A stretch of DNA of 64,000 nt from an uncultured Bacteroidota bacterium (GCA_937861115.1 CALMBD010000011.1:985-64984); one strand, 5' to 3'; counted from the stretch's first letter, positions 26,963-36,031 are shown. The notes: generated by a model from the sequence alone, not told the origin. Numbers and translations are program-made.

Positions 26963-28285
26963 ATGAAAAAACACCTCCTCCTGCTTTTCCCGGTCTTGTT
27001 GCTACACCAGCTTCAAGGCCAAAATCCCGGAACCCAACCCTCAACGGCCCCCATACTTACTCCACAGGAGGCTGTCAGTATTGCACTGGAAAGCAATTAC
27101 GACATCCGGCTCGGCCGTGCGGACGCGGGTATTGCTGCACTCAATAATACCAGGGCCAATGCCGGTATGCTCCCGACGGTGAACCTGGTCGCAAACGAGA
27201 ACTTTACCCTTAGTTCTTTCCAGCAAAAGCTCTCCAGCGGCACGGAGTTCAAGGATTTTGGCGCCCCCTTCAACACCGCCAGTGCGGGTGTTCAACTCAG
27301 CTGGACGCTTTTCGACGGCCGACGAATGTTCATCACCAAAAAACGTCTCGAACAACTCGAAGTTCTTGGACAACTCAACCTTCAAAATGCCGTGCAATCC
27401 ACGACAGCCTCTGTGCTGCAGGGCTACTACGATATCGTTCGGAGCCGGCTGCAGGAGCGCGCACTGGCTGAAGTAATCGCGCTCAACGAGGAACGCCTGC
27501 GCATCGCCGAAGCACGCCTGGCAGCCGGATTTGCTGCCCAAACCGACGCCTTGCAGGCGCGCATCGACCTCAACCAGCGCCGTGCAGACCTGCTCAGCCA
27601 GCAGACGGCCACCGCTGCCGCCAAACGCACGCTCAACCGCCTGCTCGTACGCGCACCGGAAACGGCTTTTGAAGTCGATGAAAACCTGGTCAATACCTAT
27701 TCGCCCGACCGGAATACCCTGCTGGAAAAAATACTCGCCCAAAACCCGTCCCTGGTTTCCCTGCAAAAGAGCGCCGAAGTCGCCGCGCTGGTGGTCGACG
27801 AAAACCGCACGCTGAACAAGCCCCGCATTACCGGCATCAGTCAATTCAATGCACAACGCACCGACAACGGCTCCGGATTCGTGCTCAACAACACGCAGGC
27901 AGGCCTCACCATTGGAGCGGGACTGGTGCTGCCGCTCTACACCGGCGGCAATATCAAACGACAGATCGAGGTAGCGCGCCTGCAGGCGGAACAGGCGAAT
28001 CTGCGCGTCGAGGCACAACGCATTATGGTAGCCTCGGAGTTGGACAACCAGATCGCGTTTTTTCAAACCCAGCAACAGGTGCTGGGCCTGGAAGAAGATA
28101 ATGTGAAAAATGCCCGCGAAAACCTCAATGTCAGCACGGAACGGTTCCGGCTGGGGCAGACCAATGCACTCGAAGTGCAAACTGCCCAGAACAGCCTCGA
28201 ACAGGCCCTGGCACGGCGCAACCTCGTCCAGTACAACCTGAAGGCTACGGAAATCCAGTTGCGCTTTCTTGCAGGCGAACTTTAA
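26963..28285 (+). CDS. TolC-family outer-membrane efflux protein
   Basis: It has a signal peptide, LTPQEAVSIALESNYDIR, and repeated coiled alpha-helical segments (QARIDLNQRRADLLSQ..., LNVSTERFRLGQTNALEVQTAQNSL). Confidence 0.85.
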   Translation: MKKHLLLLFPVLLLHQLQGQNPGTQPSTAPILTPQEAVSIALESNYDIRLGRADAGIAALNNTRANAGMLPTVNLVANENFTLSSFQQKLSSGTEFKDFGAPFNTASAGVQLSWTLFDGRRMFITKKRLEQLEVLGQLNLQNAVQSTTASVLQGYYDIVRSRLQERALAEVIALNEERLRIAEARLAAGFAAQTDALQARIDLNQRRADLLSQQTATAAAKRTLNRLLVRAPETAFEVDENLVNTYSPDRNTLLEKILAQNPSLVSLQKSAEVAALVVDENRTLNKPRITGISQFNAQRTDNGSGFVLNNTQAGLTIGAGLVLPLYTGGNIKRQIEVARLQAEQANLRVEAQRIMVASELDNQIAFFQTQQQVLGLEEDNVKNARENLNVSTERFRLGQTNALEVQTAQNSLEQALARRNLVQYNLKATEIQLRFLAGEL

Positions 28286-28291
28286 ACTTTA

Positions 28292-28426
28292 AAGGGGTTT
28301 CGGGTTGACGGGTTGCGGGTAGACGGGTTGCGGGTTGCGGGTTGTTCGTTTTTTCCTGGATTCTTCAATAGGGAACAAGCGATTGTCCCGCAACCCGCAA
28401 CCAGTCAACCCGAAACCCGCAACCTC
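28292..28426. terminator. Long imperfect inverted repeat made of GGGTTGC-type G-tracts, probably a bidirectional terminator
   Basis: The left arm GGGGTTTCGGGTTGACGGGTTGCGGGTAGACGGGTTGCGGGTTGCGGGTTG has 7 G-tracts. The right arm CCCGCAACCCGCAACCAGTCAACCCGAAACCCGCAACC is its near complement. The element lies between convergent stop codons. Confidence 0.55.
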
Positions 28427-28429
28427 TTT

Positions 28430-31400
28430 TTAGCGCAGTATCAATTTCTTCGCACCGGTGCCCGTTTCGTTTTCCATACGCACGGCATACATGCCCTTGG
28501 GCAAACTTCCCAGCTCCAGTTGGATACCGGTTGTGCCGGCGGCCAAAATGTCGGTTCGGATCAACTGACCTGTTGCAGAATACAGGCTGATCAACGTCCG
28601 GCTTCCGGACGGCTGATCGAGCGTGATCCATACGGCGTCTGTAGCCGGGTTGGGGAACAGGTTGAATGGCAGCGACTTGTCTGATGCCGGTTCGTCGGTG
28701 CCGACACCCAGCGGCAAAATGATAAATTTGGGTGTGCCCAGGAATCCGCCTTCTCCGTCGGTAACGGTGAAGCGGAAACCATCCGGCGCGGCGCTGTTGC
28801 CGTAGTCGAAAAAGCGAATGGCGCCTGCGTCGAGTTCAGCCTGGGTAAAATTATCGCCCGGATGCATGGTGCCAAATCCGGCGTGATCCAGCAACCCGTT
28901 TACCGGAACAGTGAGCAGGGTATAGACGAGTTGGTCGTGGGTATTGTTCGCATCTTCACAAAGCAGCAGGTCGGGCGTGATCAACTGATTGGAACCCGTC
29001 GGGATGGTGAGCGGGTTGTTGTTCACGAGGAAGGGCGGTTCGATCACCACAGAGCCACAGAATTCCAGTTTGAAAATTTCGAGTGAGCCGCCCGATCCGA
29101 GTACGTTGTCTTTGATCCGGAGGGTCCAGGGGCCCGTGTTGTCCTGGCCGATAAACACATCCAACGGGTTTTCGGCGCGGTAAACCTGGCCGTTGTTGGC
29201 CGGCGGGCAGGGGAAGCCTCCGGGTGCGTCGTCAGACAGTCCGAAATTGAAAAAGCCGTTGTAGTTGCCGCACTTTTCGTCGAACAGGGTGACTTCTGTA
29301 CCCAAGGGACTGGTAAGCGTGGCCGTGAGGTCTTTAAAAAAGCTGTGGTAGCCCTTGATCTGTTTGATGGTAAAATCACTGACTACCCCGCCCGCGTTCA
29401 CGGTTATTTTGGACTCGACCGTCGGGGTGCCGTTGGCGGTGAGGTTTTTGGGCAGGTCGTTTGCCGTGAAGACCTGACATTTTTCATAATAAGTGGAAAA
29501 GAAGGAAGGTTCCGACCATTCGTGAATGCCGCACTCGTTGCGGGTACGTACACGCCAGTAATAGGCCGTGCCTTTTTCCAGCAGGAACGGAATTTTCAAG
29601 GAATCAATGGCTACATCCGTTTTGGAAGCGAGAATACTGGAGAATGACGGGCTTTTGGAAAACTGTACGTCGTATGTCAGCCCGTCCGGGACGGTGGTCC
29701 AGCGCAGCGTTTGTGTAAGATCCAGGCCCGTAGAACCATCCACAGGCAGGTCGAGGGTAAACCCTGAAAAATCGTTCGTGAACAACTGCATCGTGATGGG
29801 CCTCACCAGCGTCGGGCTGCCTGCCGCTGTCGCTTCCAGGTTGAAGGTGTAAATGCCCTCCTGGGTTACGCCGCTCAGATCGACGCTGAGCGTGCTGCTT
29901 TCGCCGGGATTGACTGTGGTAGCGCTCAGGGTAGCCACGGCGCCGGGCGGCAGCGTACCGGTCAGGGCAAGCGTCACAGGACTGTTGAAGCCGAGGGTAC
30001 CTGCCGTTTGTACCTGCGATTCAAAATTGTCCGGCAGGCAAATGGTAGCGGCATCGGCGGACAGGCCGAGTGTCAGCGACGGCGCTGTAGGCTGTTGTAT
30101 TTTGAAGTTGGCATTGGAAATGTCGAAAAACACATTGTCCGCAGCGTCGACACGCACCCGCGCCGACGAAGTCGGGTTGTTGGGAACAAGAACATAATGG
30201 CTGCCGTCGTTGGCCACGCCGGAGGCCAGCGTGATCGGGTAGGTTTGCCCGCCATCGGTGCTGAGCCGGATATTGACCTTCTGGCAGTTCACCGGTGCGA
30301 TGTTCGTATTGGCCACGTCCCAGACGATCTCTGCGTATTCGCCGATATGCAGGACATCGGTGTTGGCATTCGGAAAGTTTACCAGAAACGGCCCTGCATC
30401 CCCCCATGCTTTGAAGGCCACGTCGGCCCAGGCGATACCGCCGCCATTGGGCTTTTGGTCGCGTGCCACCAGGCGCAGCGTCACATCCCGGGTGTACTCC
30501 GGTAAAATCTCCGCATTATAGGTCGAATTGGATAAAATAGTGGATAGTCGTGGGAAATAGCGATTGGTAGCCGTGCCGGACGGATAAGTACGGAAGATGG
30601 CTGAACTGGAAATTTGTGTTCCCAGCGGCGTTTCAGGGCCGGCGTCGATGCCTTCCCATACATATACTAACGGATCGCCGTCAGGGTCGGTGGCGCTGCC
30701 GTTCAGTTCAAAAGGAGTTTGGATCGGAATGAAAAAATTATCCTGATAAGGAAGCGTCACAACCGGAGGGTTGTTATCGGTTGGCGTTGTTGAACCACAG
30801 GTAGTACCCGTGCCTATTGTGTAAAATTTAATGATCTCCTCGGCGGAACCGGAATGGTAATACAGGTCTGAGTACGACTGAACATTATCCGAATTGCAAC
30901 CACCTGCATAAGACATGATGGTGCTGCCACTGCCTGGCTCAAAGGCAGACTGGCCATTTCTGCCCGAGCCACCGTCACAGCTGTTCCAGGAGTGTCCGCT
31001 ATTGAGCTGGTGGCCAACTTCCTGGCCGATAATACCAACAAAACCGTCGCCATAGTCGCCATTGCCATTGCCTGCGGAGCATCCGCCCGCTTTGCCATTG
31101 CCACAAACGATACCCAGGCCATTGGATACGCCGCCCGGACCGCCCATGTAGCGGGAATATACGTGGCCGATGTCGTGTGAGTTTGGGTTACAGTAAAAAT
31201 TCAGCGTTGCAACGTTTTCCGTTGCCCAGTTAAGGACGCTTGTTCCGGTGTAAGGATCACTGGTCGGGTCGAGAAAAATAACGTTTTGGGTGGCTGTGGC
31301 CAGTTGCAAGCGCAAATCCAGGTCGCGCTCCATGACCCCGCTTATTTGGTCGGTATAGTCCATAACCGCAGCGAGCGCCAGCGGTTTAGTGCCGCCGTGG

Positions 31401-32086
31401 TCCTGCGCAAATTCGCCCGTACAGGCAGCGATGAAGCGGAAAACTTTCAGGTTTATAGGATTGAGGAGCGTTCCACGTTCCTCGGCCGGCGGTGCGTACA
31501 GGTCTTCGTTTTTTATCTGGGCGACGGTGCCGTCCCAGGCCAGACCATCTGCATTTTTCAAACGGCTGTCGGCAGGCATATCGGCGCGGTCGTAGGCAAT
31601 GTAGAATTCATCCTGTCCGTAAGCGTAGGGCTTTACGTAGTCCACGCCGAGGTCCGGTTTCATCACCATGGCCCGGAAGCCGCGGCCCGAGTGCATGATC
31701 CGCACCGTGATGGTGGCATCGCGCATCGAACGGCCCGCGTAGGTGCCTATTTCCGGGTACAGCGCTGCCAGTTCAGGCTCCATCATGGCCGTTTTATACA
31801 CCGAAAACGTCTCCATCGAACCGTCGGCGAGCGGTATTGTAATCCGGCATTTGTTCATGCGGGCCTCTGCCGTAAACTCCATCGGCGCCATAACCAGCGC
31901 AGACACCATCGCCTGATAATCAAGGCGGTAGGTCTGGTATTTGGACGGGAAAAGATCGCGTTTCATCACGTCGCCGCGCAATTCGACATTTCCTTCGGGA
32001 ATGGCCTGGAAAAAGTTGGGGGTCTGGGCGGAAAGCACGGAAGCGAACACACACATCGCCAACGGCAAGAGGGTAAATTTTTTCAT
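28430..32086 (-). CDS. Giant secreted reprolysin (M12B)-like multidomain protein with a proprotein-convertase P-domain, a cadherin-like module and a T9SS sorting domain. The zinc motif is degenerate (QExxH).
   Basis: I trimmed the start to MKKFTLLPLAMCVFASVLSAQ (ATG at complement of 32086). The core reads ...IIGQEVGHQLNSGHSWNSC...FEPGSGSTIMSYAG. There is an Asp-box (STDGGQTY). The P-domain reads GPWTLRIKDNVLGSGGSLEIFKLEFC. The cadherin-like segment reads FTQAELDAGAIRFFDY. The C-terminus LFPNPATDAVWITL...GMYAVRMENE...LILR is a T9SS CTD. Confidence 0.8.
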   Translation of the reverse strand: MKKFTLLPLAMCVFASVLSAQTPNFFQAIPEGNVELRGDVMKRDLFPSKYQTYRLDYQAMVSALVMAPMEFTAEARMNKCRITIPLADGSMETFSVYKTAMMEPELAALYPEIGTYAGRSMRDATITVRIMHSGRGFRAMVMKPDLGVDYVKPYAYGQDEFYIAYDRADMPADSRLKNADGLAWDGTVAQIKNEDLYAPPAEERGTLLNPINLKVFRFIAACTGEFAQDHGGTKPLALAAVMDYTDQISGVMERDLDLRLQLATATQNVIFLDPTSDPYTGTSVLNWATENVATLNFYCNPNSHDIGHVYSRYMGGPGGVSNGLGIVCGNGKAGGCSAGNGNGDYGDGFVGIIGQEVGHQLNSGHSWNSCDGGSGRNGQSAFEPGSGSTIMSYAGGCNSDNVQSYSDLYYHSGSAEEIIKFYTIGTGTTCGSTTPTDNNPPVVTLPYQDNFFIPIQTPFELNGSATDPDGDPLVYVWEGIDAGPETPLGTQISSSAIFRTYPSGTATNRYFPRLSTILSNSTYNAEILPEYTRDVTLRLVARDQKPNGGGIAWADVAFKAWGDAGPFLVNFPNANTDVLHIGEYAEIVWDVANTNIAPVNCQKVNIRLSTDGGQTYPITLASGVANDGSHYVLVPNNPTSSARVRVDAADNVFFDISNANFKIQQPTAPSLTLGLSADAATICLPDNFESQVQTAGTLGFNSPVTLALTGTLPPGAVATLSATTVNPGESSTLSVDLSGVTQEGIYTFNLEATAAGSPTLVRPITMQLFTNDFSGFTLDLPVDGSTGLDLTQTLRWTTVPDGLTYDVQFSKSPSFSSILASKTDVAIDSLKIPFLLEKGTAYYWRVRTRNECGIHEWSEPSFFSTYYEKCQVFTANDLPKNLTANGTPTVESKITVNAGGVVSDFTIKQIKGYHSFFKDLTATLTSPLGTEVTLFDEKCGNYNGFFNFGLSDDAPGGFPCPPANNGQVYRAENPLDVFIGQDNTGPWTLRIKDNVLGSGGSLEIFKLEFCGSVVIEPPFLVNNNPLTIPTGSNQLITPDLLLCEDANNTHDQLVYTLLTVPVNGLLDHAGFGTMHPGDNFTQAELDAGAIRFFDYGNSAAPDGFRFTVTDGEGGFLGTPKFIILPLGVGTDEPASDKSLPFNLFPNPATDAVWITLDQPSGSRTLISLYSATGQLIRTDILAAGTTGIQLELGSLPKGMYAVRMENETGTGAKKLILR

Positions 32087-32127
32087 GGAAAATCTCTTAT
32101 GGATAAACTCGTCATTATCGCCAATCG

Positions 32128-32204
32128 CCATTGATTGTCATGTCGCAATATATTCAGGGACGAAAAGAAGCCCGGTAAAGAAATTGCAACGTGACAATCA
32201 ATGG
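32128..32204 (-). promoter_or_regulatory. 22-bp inverted repeat (2 mismatches) in the spacer between the two giant paralogs
   Basis: CCATTGATTGTCATGTCGCAAT (32128-32149) pairs with ATTGCAACGTGACAATCAATGG (32183-32204). The loop is 33 nt. Confidence 0.5.
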
Positions 32205-32238
32205 TGAAAGACGAATGGCGATTAACGATCAATAACGA

Positions 32239-35200
32239 TCAACGCTGAATAACAATCTTTTTAACGCCGCGGCCTTTGTCGTTCTCGACTGCTACAGCAT
32301 AAACGCCGACGGGCAGCGTAGCCACGTCGAGTTGCAGAACAGTTGAGCCCGTGGGCAGCGTCCAGCTGCGCAGCAGTTGACCTGCGGCATTGAACAAGGT
32401 GACGCGGCTGTCGAAGTTCAGCGCCTCCGAAACGAACAAGCGCAGCGATTCGCTGGCGGGATTGGGTGCCAGTTCGAAAGCGATGTTGCCTGCCGGCTCT
32501 TTGGTGCCGACTGTCGAGGGCTGGATCGTAAAGGTTCCGCTGACCAGGCCGCCGTCGCCGTCGGTGGCGACAAAGTCAAAGTTGTCGGCGCCTGCATTCA
32601 GGGCGTAGTCGTAGTAGCGGATATCGCCGTTGTCGATCTCGGCCTGTGTAAACTGACCACCGACGGTAAACGGAATACCCGATTTCCGCAGGTCGCCGTT
32701 TTTCGGCACTGTCACAAGGGTAAAAGTAAGTTCCGCTGCCGTGTTGTCCGGATCGTCTACTTTGAGCAGGCTGGTGGAGATCGACGCATTGGCGCCGGCT
32801 GGCAGTTGCAGCTGGTTGTTGTTCACCAGGAAAGGTGCGTTCAGGGCAACTGTCGAGCACAACTCGAGTTCGAATGCCGTCAATTGACCGCCGGAGCTGA
32901 CCACGTTGTCTTTGATGCGCAGGATCCAGTCGCCGGCGGCGGGTTGTCCGCTTATGGCGCCCAGGGGTTGTGCCGGCGCATAAGAATTGCCGTTGTTGGG
33001 CGGACAGGGGAACGTATTGTTGCCGCTGTCGTTGAAACCGATGTTAAAGTTGCCACTGGTGCCGCCGCATTTGTCTTTGAACAACAACACATCCGTGCCG
33101 GAGGGGCTGATGAGATGCCCTTCCAGGTCTTTGAAGAACTGGTGGTTGCCCTGTATCTTTTTCACGTTCACACTACCTACCTGGCCTGCTGTGGAGATGT
33201 TGATCTTGGATTCTACCGTGGGTGTACCGCTGGACGAAATGAGTTTGGGCAGATCGTTGGCTACAAACGACGTGCAGCTCTGCTTGCGCGTAACGAACAC
33301 AAATGTTTTGGTCCAGTCGCCGGCGCCGCAGCTGTTGTGTACGGGGCGCACGCGCCAGTAGTACACCTGGCCTTCGCTCAGCAGCGTCGGTACTTTGAAT
33401 GAATCGGCGGTGACAGTGGTGCTGCTGGCCAGGATGGTGCCCGTATCGAAGGAGGGACTGCTGGCCACCTGTATTTCATAGTTATCAGCGTCCAGGCCGG
33501 CCGTCCAGAAAAGCGTGGGGCCAACGTCGACACCCTGTGCGCCGTTGACAGGCGTTTCGAGTGCCACGGCGGAATTGTCGTTTTGATAGACGTTGATCGT
33601 AACCACCGACGATTTGGTGTTGCTTCCGGCCGTGGCATCAACCGTCAGGTCGAACGTACTCTCCGGGGTATTGTTGGGGAAAACGATTGTCATGACAGCG
33701 GTGGCGCCCGGCGTGACCGGGTTGGGGCTAAAGGATGCCGTGGCGCCCTGGGGAAGCCCGCTGGCAGAAAGCGTAATCGGGTCGCTGAAGCCCGCCGAAC
33801 CATCCGTGCCGATGTCGAGGGTATAGTTGCCCGGGATACAGGCATTGTCTTTCAAAGTTGCAGGGCACGCAGAGAAAGTCGCAGTAGAGGGCTGTTGTAT
33901 TTTGAAATTGGCGTTGGAAAGGTCGAAGAACACGTTGTCAGCGGCCTCAATTTTGATCCGTACGGACGACGATACCATGTCGGGCACCCGGATACAGGCA
34001 CGGCCGATATTGGGCACACCGGAAGCCAGGGTGACCGTAAAGGCATTGCCGCCGTTGGTGCTGAGCAGGATGTTGACGGCGCGGCAGTTGACCGGTGCTA
34101 CGTCGGTATTGGCTACATCCCAGGTAACGGTTTGATATTCTCCTGTAAACCAGGTGACGGAGCCGGAGTTGGGGTAAGTTACCCGAAACGGCCCGGCCGT
34201 ATACACTGATTTGAGGTTGACCTCTGCCCAGTCCTGGCCACCGCCTGCGGGGTGGTTGTCGCGCACGGTGAGGCGGAATCTCATAGACAGTGTGGTATCG
34301 GGCAGCACTTCACTTGAACTGTTGCCGTTGGCCAGAATGATGGGCAGGCGCGGGAACAGGCGGCGCGGGTCGGTTGTCGGCGTAAAAGAGCGGAAACGAG
34401 GGGCGGTACCGATGGGCTCGCCGAGTTGCGATACGGGGCCGAGGTTGAATTGTTCCCAGCAGTAGGTCAACGCATCGCCGTCTTCGTCGGTGCCCGCACC
34501 GGTTAACTGGAAGGGTGTATTGACCGGGATCGACAGGTTGTTGGGAGTAGTGATAATAGCATCCGGTGCATTATTGGTTGTCTGCACTGTAGAGCCGCAC
34601 TGACTGCCTTCACCCGAGGCCACAAAATTCCGTACCTCGATGATGCTGGCCAGGTGGTAGTAAGGGTCGTTGTCGCTCTGTACGTTGTTGCCATTGGCGC
34701 ACGAGCCTGCGTACGACATGATGGTGGTGCCGCTGCCGGGTTCAAAGGCGGCCAATGGCGCGAGCTGGTCGTCGTTGGGCGGGCAGTTGCTCCAGGTATG
34801 GCTGCCGTCGAGCTGGTGGCACATTTCGTGTGCGGCCACGAGGTAGAAGTATTCTGTGGCGGGGTTTTGGGCTGAAGATGCGCCCCGGGCCTTGTTCAGG
34901 ATATTGCAGGTCCGGCCACTCACGATGCCTACCTGGGTGCCGGTGACGTAGCGCGCGAATACATGACCCTGGTCGTAACTGGTCGATCCGATGATCGGGT
35001 TGATTGCACCGGGGTTCTGAGCCATCCAGCCGGAGGCCAGGTCGCCTGTGTAGGGGTCGGTATCCTTATCAAGAAAAACGATCAGGTTGTTGTTGGCAAT
35101 CAGTTCATGCCGAACGCTGAAATCGCGCTCCATGATCATGGAAATAAAATCGAGGGCCACGTTGATCGCATCGAGCGCTCCCTGCACCGTGCCGCCGAAG

Positions 35201-35871
35201 AACTCGGTGTATTCACCTTTGGACGCGATGGCCAGACGGTATTTTTTCAGCGAAACAAGGGCTGCGCCGCGATCGGAAACACTGTTGCCGGCAAAATTGC
35301 CTGCAAAATCCGGGGTGCTGCCGGCATCTTCCACGCCGCAAAAAAGGCCGCCGCCCGGCAAATCATTGGGCAGGTCTTTCAGGCGATATGCCATATAGTA
35401 CGACGTCTGTCCGTCGGCAAACGGACGCACCGATTGAATGGCGCCGTTTGCATCGGAAAAAAATGCGTGGAAACCGGAGTAACCGACGCCGAGGCGAACG
35501 ATCATGCCCGAGCCGTCGGCAGCGCAACCGGCGTAGTTGCTCAGGGCCGGGAATTTGGCAGCCAGTTCGGGCGCCATGATGGGCGATTCCCAGACCTTGA
35601 AGCTGCGCATCGAACCATCTGCCTGGGGCAGGGTCAGCAACAGCCCTTCTTTACCCGTGAATTCCATCGGAGCGGATTTCAGGGCGCTTTTCATCGCATC
35701 GAAATCCAGTTGAAAGGTTTTGCTCACCAGTGGTTGAATCTTTCGCTGGGCCGTAGCCGGGAGGTTGACGGATTCCGGAGCAACAGGCATCCAAAAGTTT
35801 GGGACATTATTTTGGGCTGCAATATTGGCGAGCAGCCCGAAAAAGAGAAGCACAGTGCAAAATAGGCGCAT
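32239..35871 (-). CDS. Giant secreted reprolysin (M12B)-like zinc metalloprotease with a P-domain, a cadherin-like module and a T9SS sorting domain. The HExxH motif is intact.
   Basis: 1210 aa. The signal peptide is MRLFCTVLLFFGLLANIAAQ. The zinc motif AAHEMCHQLDGSHTWSNC lies at nt 34798-34830, followed by FEPGSGTTIMSYAG. There is an Asp-box-like segment STNGGNAF. The P-domain reads GDWILRIKDNVVSSGGQLTAFELELC. The cadherin-like segment reads FTQAEIDNGDIRYYDY. The C-terminus LAPNPASESLRLFV...GVYAVAVENDKGRGVKKIVIQR is a T9SS CTD. Confidence 0.8.
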   Translation of the reverse strand: MRLFCTVLLFFGLLANIAAQNNVPNFWMPVAPESVNLPATAQRKIQPLVSKTFQLDFDAMKSALKSAPMEFTGKEGLLLTLPQADGSMRSFKVWESPIMAPELAAKFPALSNYAGCAADGSGMIVRLGVGYSGFHAFFSDANGAIQSVRPFADGQTSYYMAYRLKDLPNDLPGGGLFCGVEDAGSTPDFAGNFAGNSVSDRGAALVSLKKYRLAIASKGEYTEFFGGTVQGALDAINVALDFISMIMERDFSVRHELIANNNLIVFLDKDTDPYTGDLASGWMAQNPGAINPIIGSTSYDQGHVFARYVTGTQVGIVSGRTCNILNKARGASSAQNPATEYFYLVAAHEMCHQLDGSHTWSNCPPNDDQLAPLAAFEPGSGTTIMSYAGSCANGNNVQSDNDPYYHLASIIEVRNFVASGEGSQCGSTVQTTNNAPDAIITTPNNLSIPVNTPFQLTGAGTDEDGDALTYCWEQFNLGPVSQLGEPIGTAPRFRSFTPTTDPRRLFPRLPIILANGNSSSEVLPDTTLSMRFRLTVRDNHPAGGGQDWAEVNLKSVYTAGPFRVTYPNSGSVTWFTGEYQTVTWDVANTDVAPVNCRAVNILLSTNGGNAFTVTLASGVPNIGRACIRVPDMVSSSVRIKIEAADNVFFDLSNANFKIQQPSTATFSACPATLKDNACIPGNYTLDIGTDGSAGFSDPITLSASGLPQGATASFSPNPVTPGATAVMTIVFPNNTPESTFDLTVDATAGSNTKSSVVTINVYQNDNSAVALETPVNGAQGVDVGPTLFWTAGLDADNYEIQVASSPSFDTGTILASSTTVTADSFKVPTLLSEGQVYYWRVRPVHNSCGAGDWTKTFVFVTRKQSCTSFVANDLPKLISSSGTPTVESKINISTAGQVGSVNVKKIQGNHQFFKDLEGHLISPSGTDVLLFKDKCGGTSGNFNIGFNDSGNNTFPCPPNNGNSYAPAQPLGAISGQPAAGDWILRIKDNVVSSGGQLTAFELELCSTVALNAPFLVNNNQLQLPAGANASISTSLLKVDDPDNTAAELTFTLVTVPKNGDLRKSGIPFTVGGQFTQAEIDNGDIRYYDYALNAGADNFDFVATDGDGGLVSGTFTIQPSTVGTKEPAGNIAFELAPNPASESLRLFVSEALNFDSRVTLFNAAGQLLRSWTLPTGSTVLQLDVATLPVGVYAVAVENDKGRGVKKIVIQR

Positions 35872-35942
35872 GGTAATTGTTTTATAGCCTTCTGATCATC
35901 CGGGTAGGCGGGAAGGCCATGTGTAAATTTGAATTAGTCGAA

Positions 35943-35972
35943 CCGCAAAAATCCGAACTTTAGATTTTGCGG
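35943..35972 (-). terminator. Possible intrinsic terminator of the LysE-family gene
   Basis: The hairpin is CCGCAAAAATC-CGAACTTTA-GATTTTGCGG, with one bulged A. It lies 60 nt downstream of the minus-strand stop at 36032. Confidence 0.35.
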
Positions 35973-36031
35973 AAGGGTGATTTTTAATGGTTTGCTTAAA
36001 AATGACGTTCAAATGTGATATTTCGCTGTTT

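Noticed and set aside
25766-28180. Minus-strand ORFs 25766-26803 (345 aa) and 27041-28180 (379 aa)
   Set aside because: They are antisense to the RND permease and TolC genes respectively. Both sense genes have strong family signatures.
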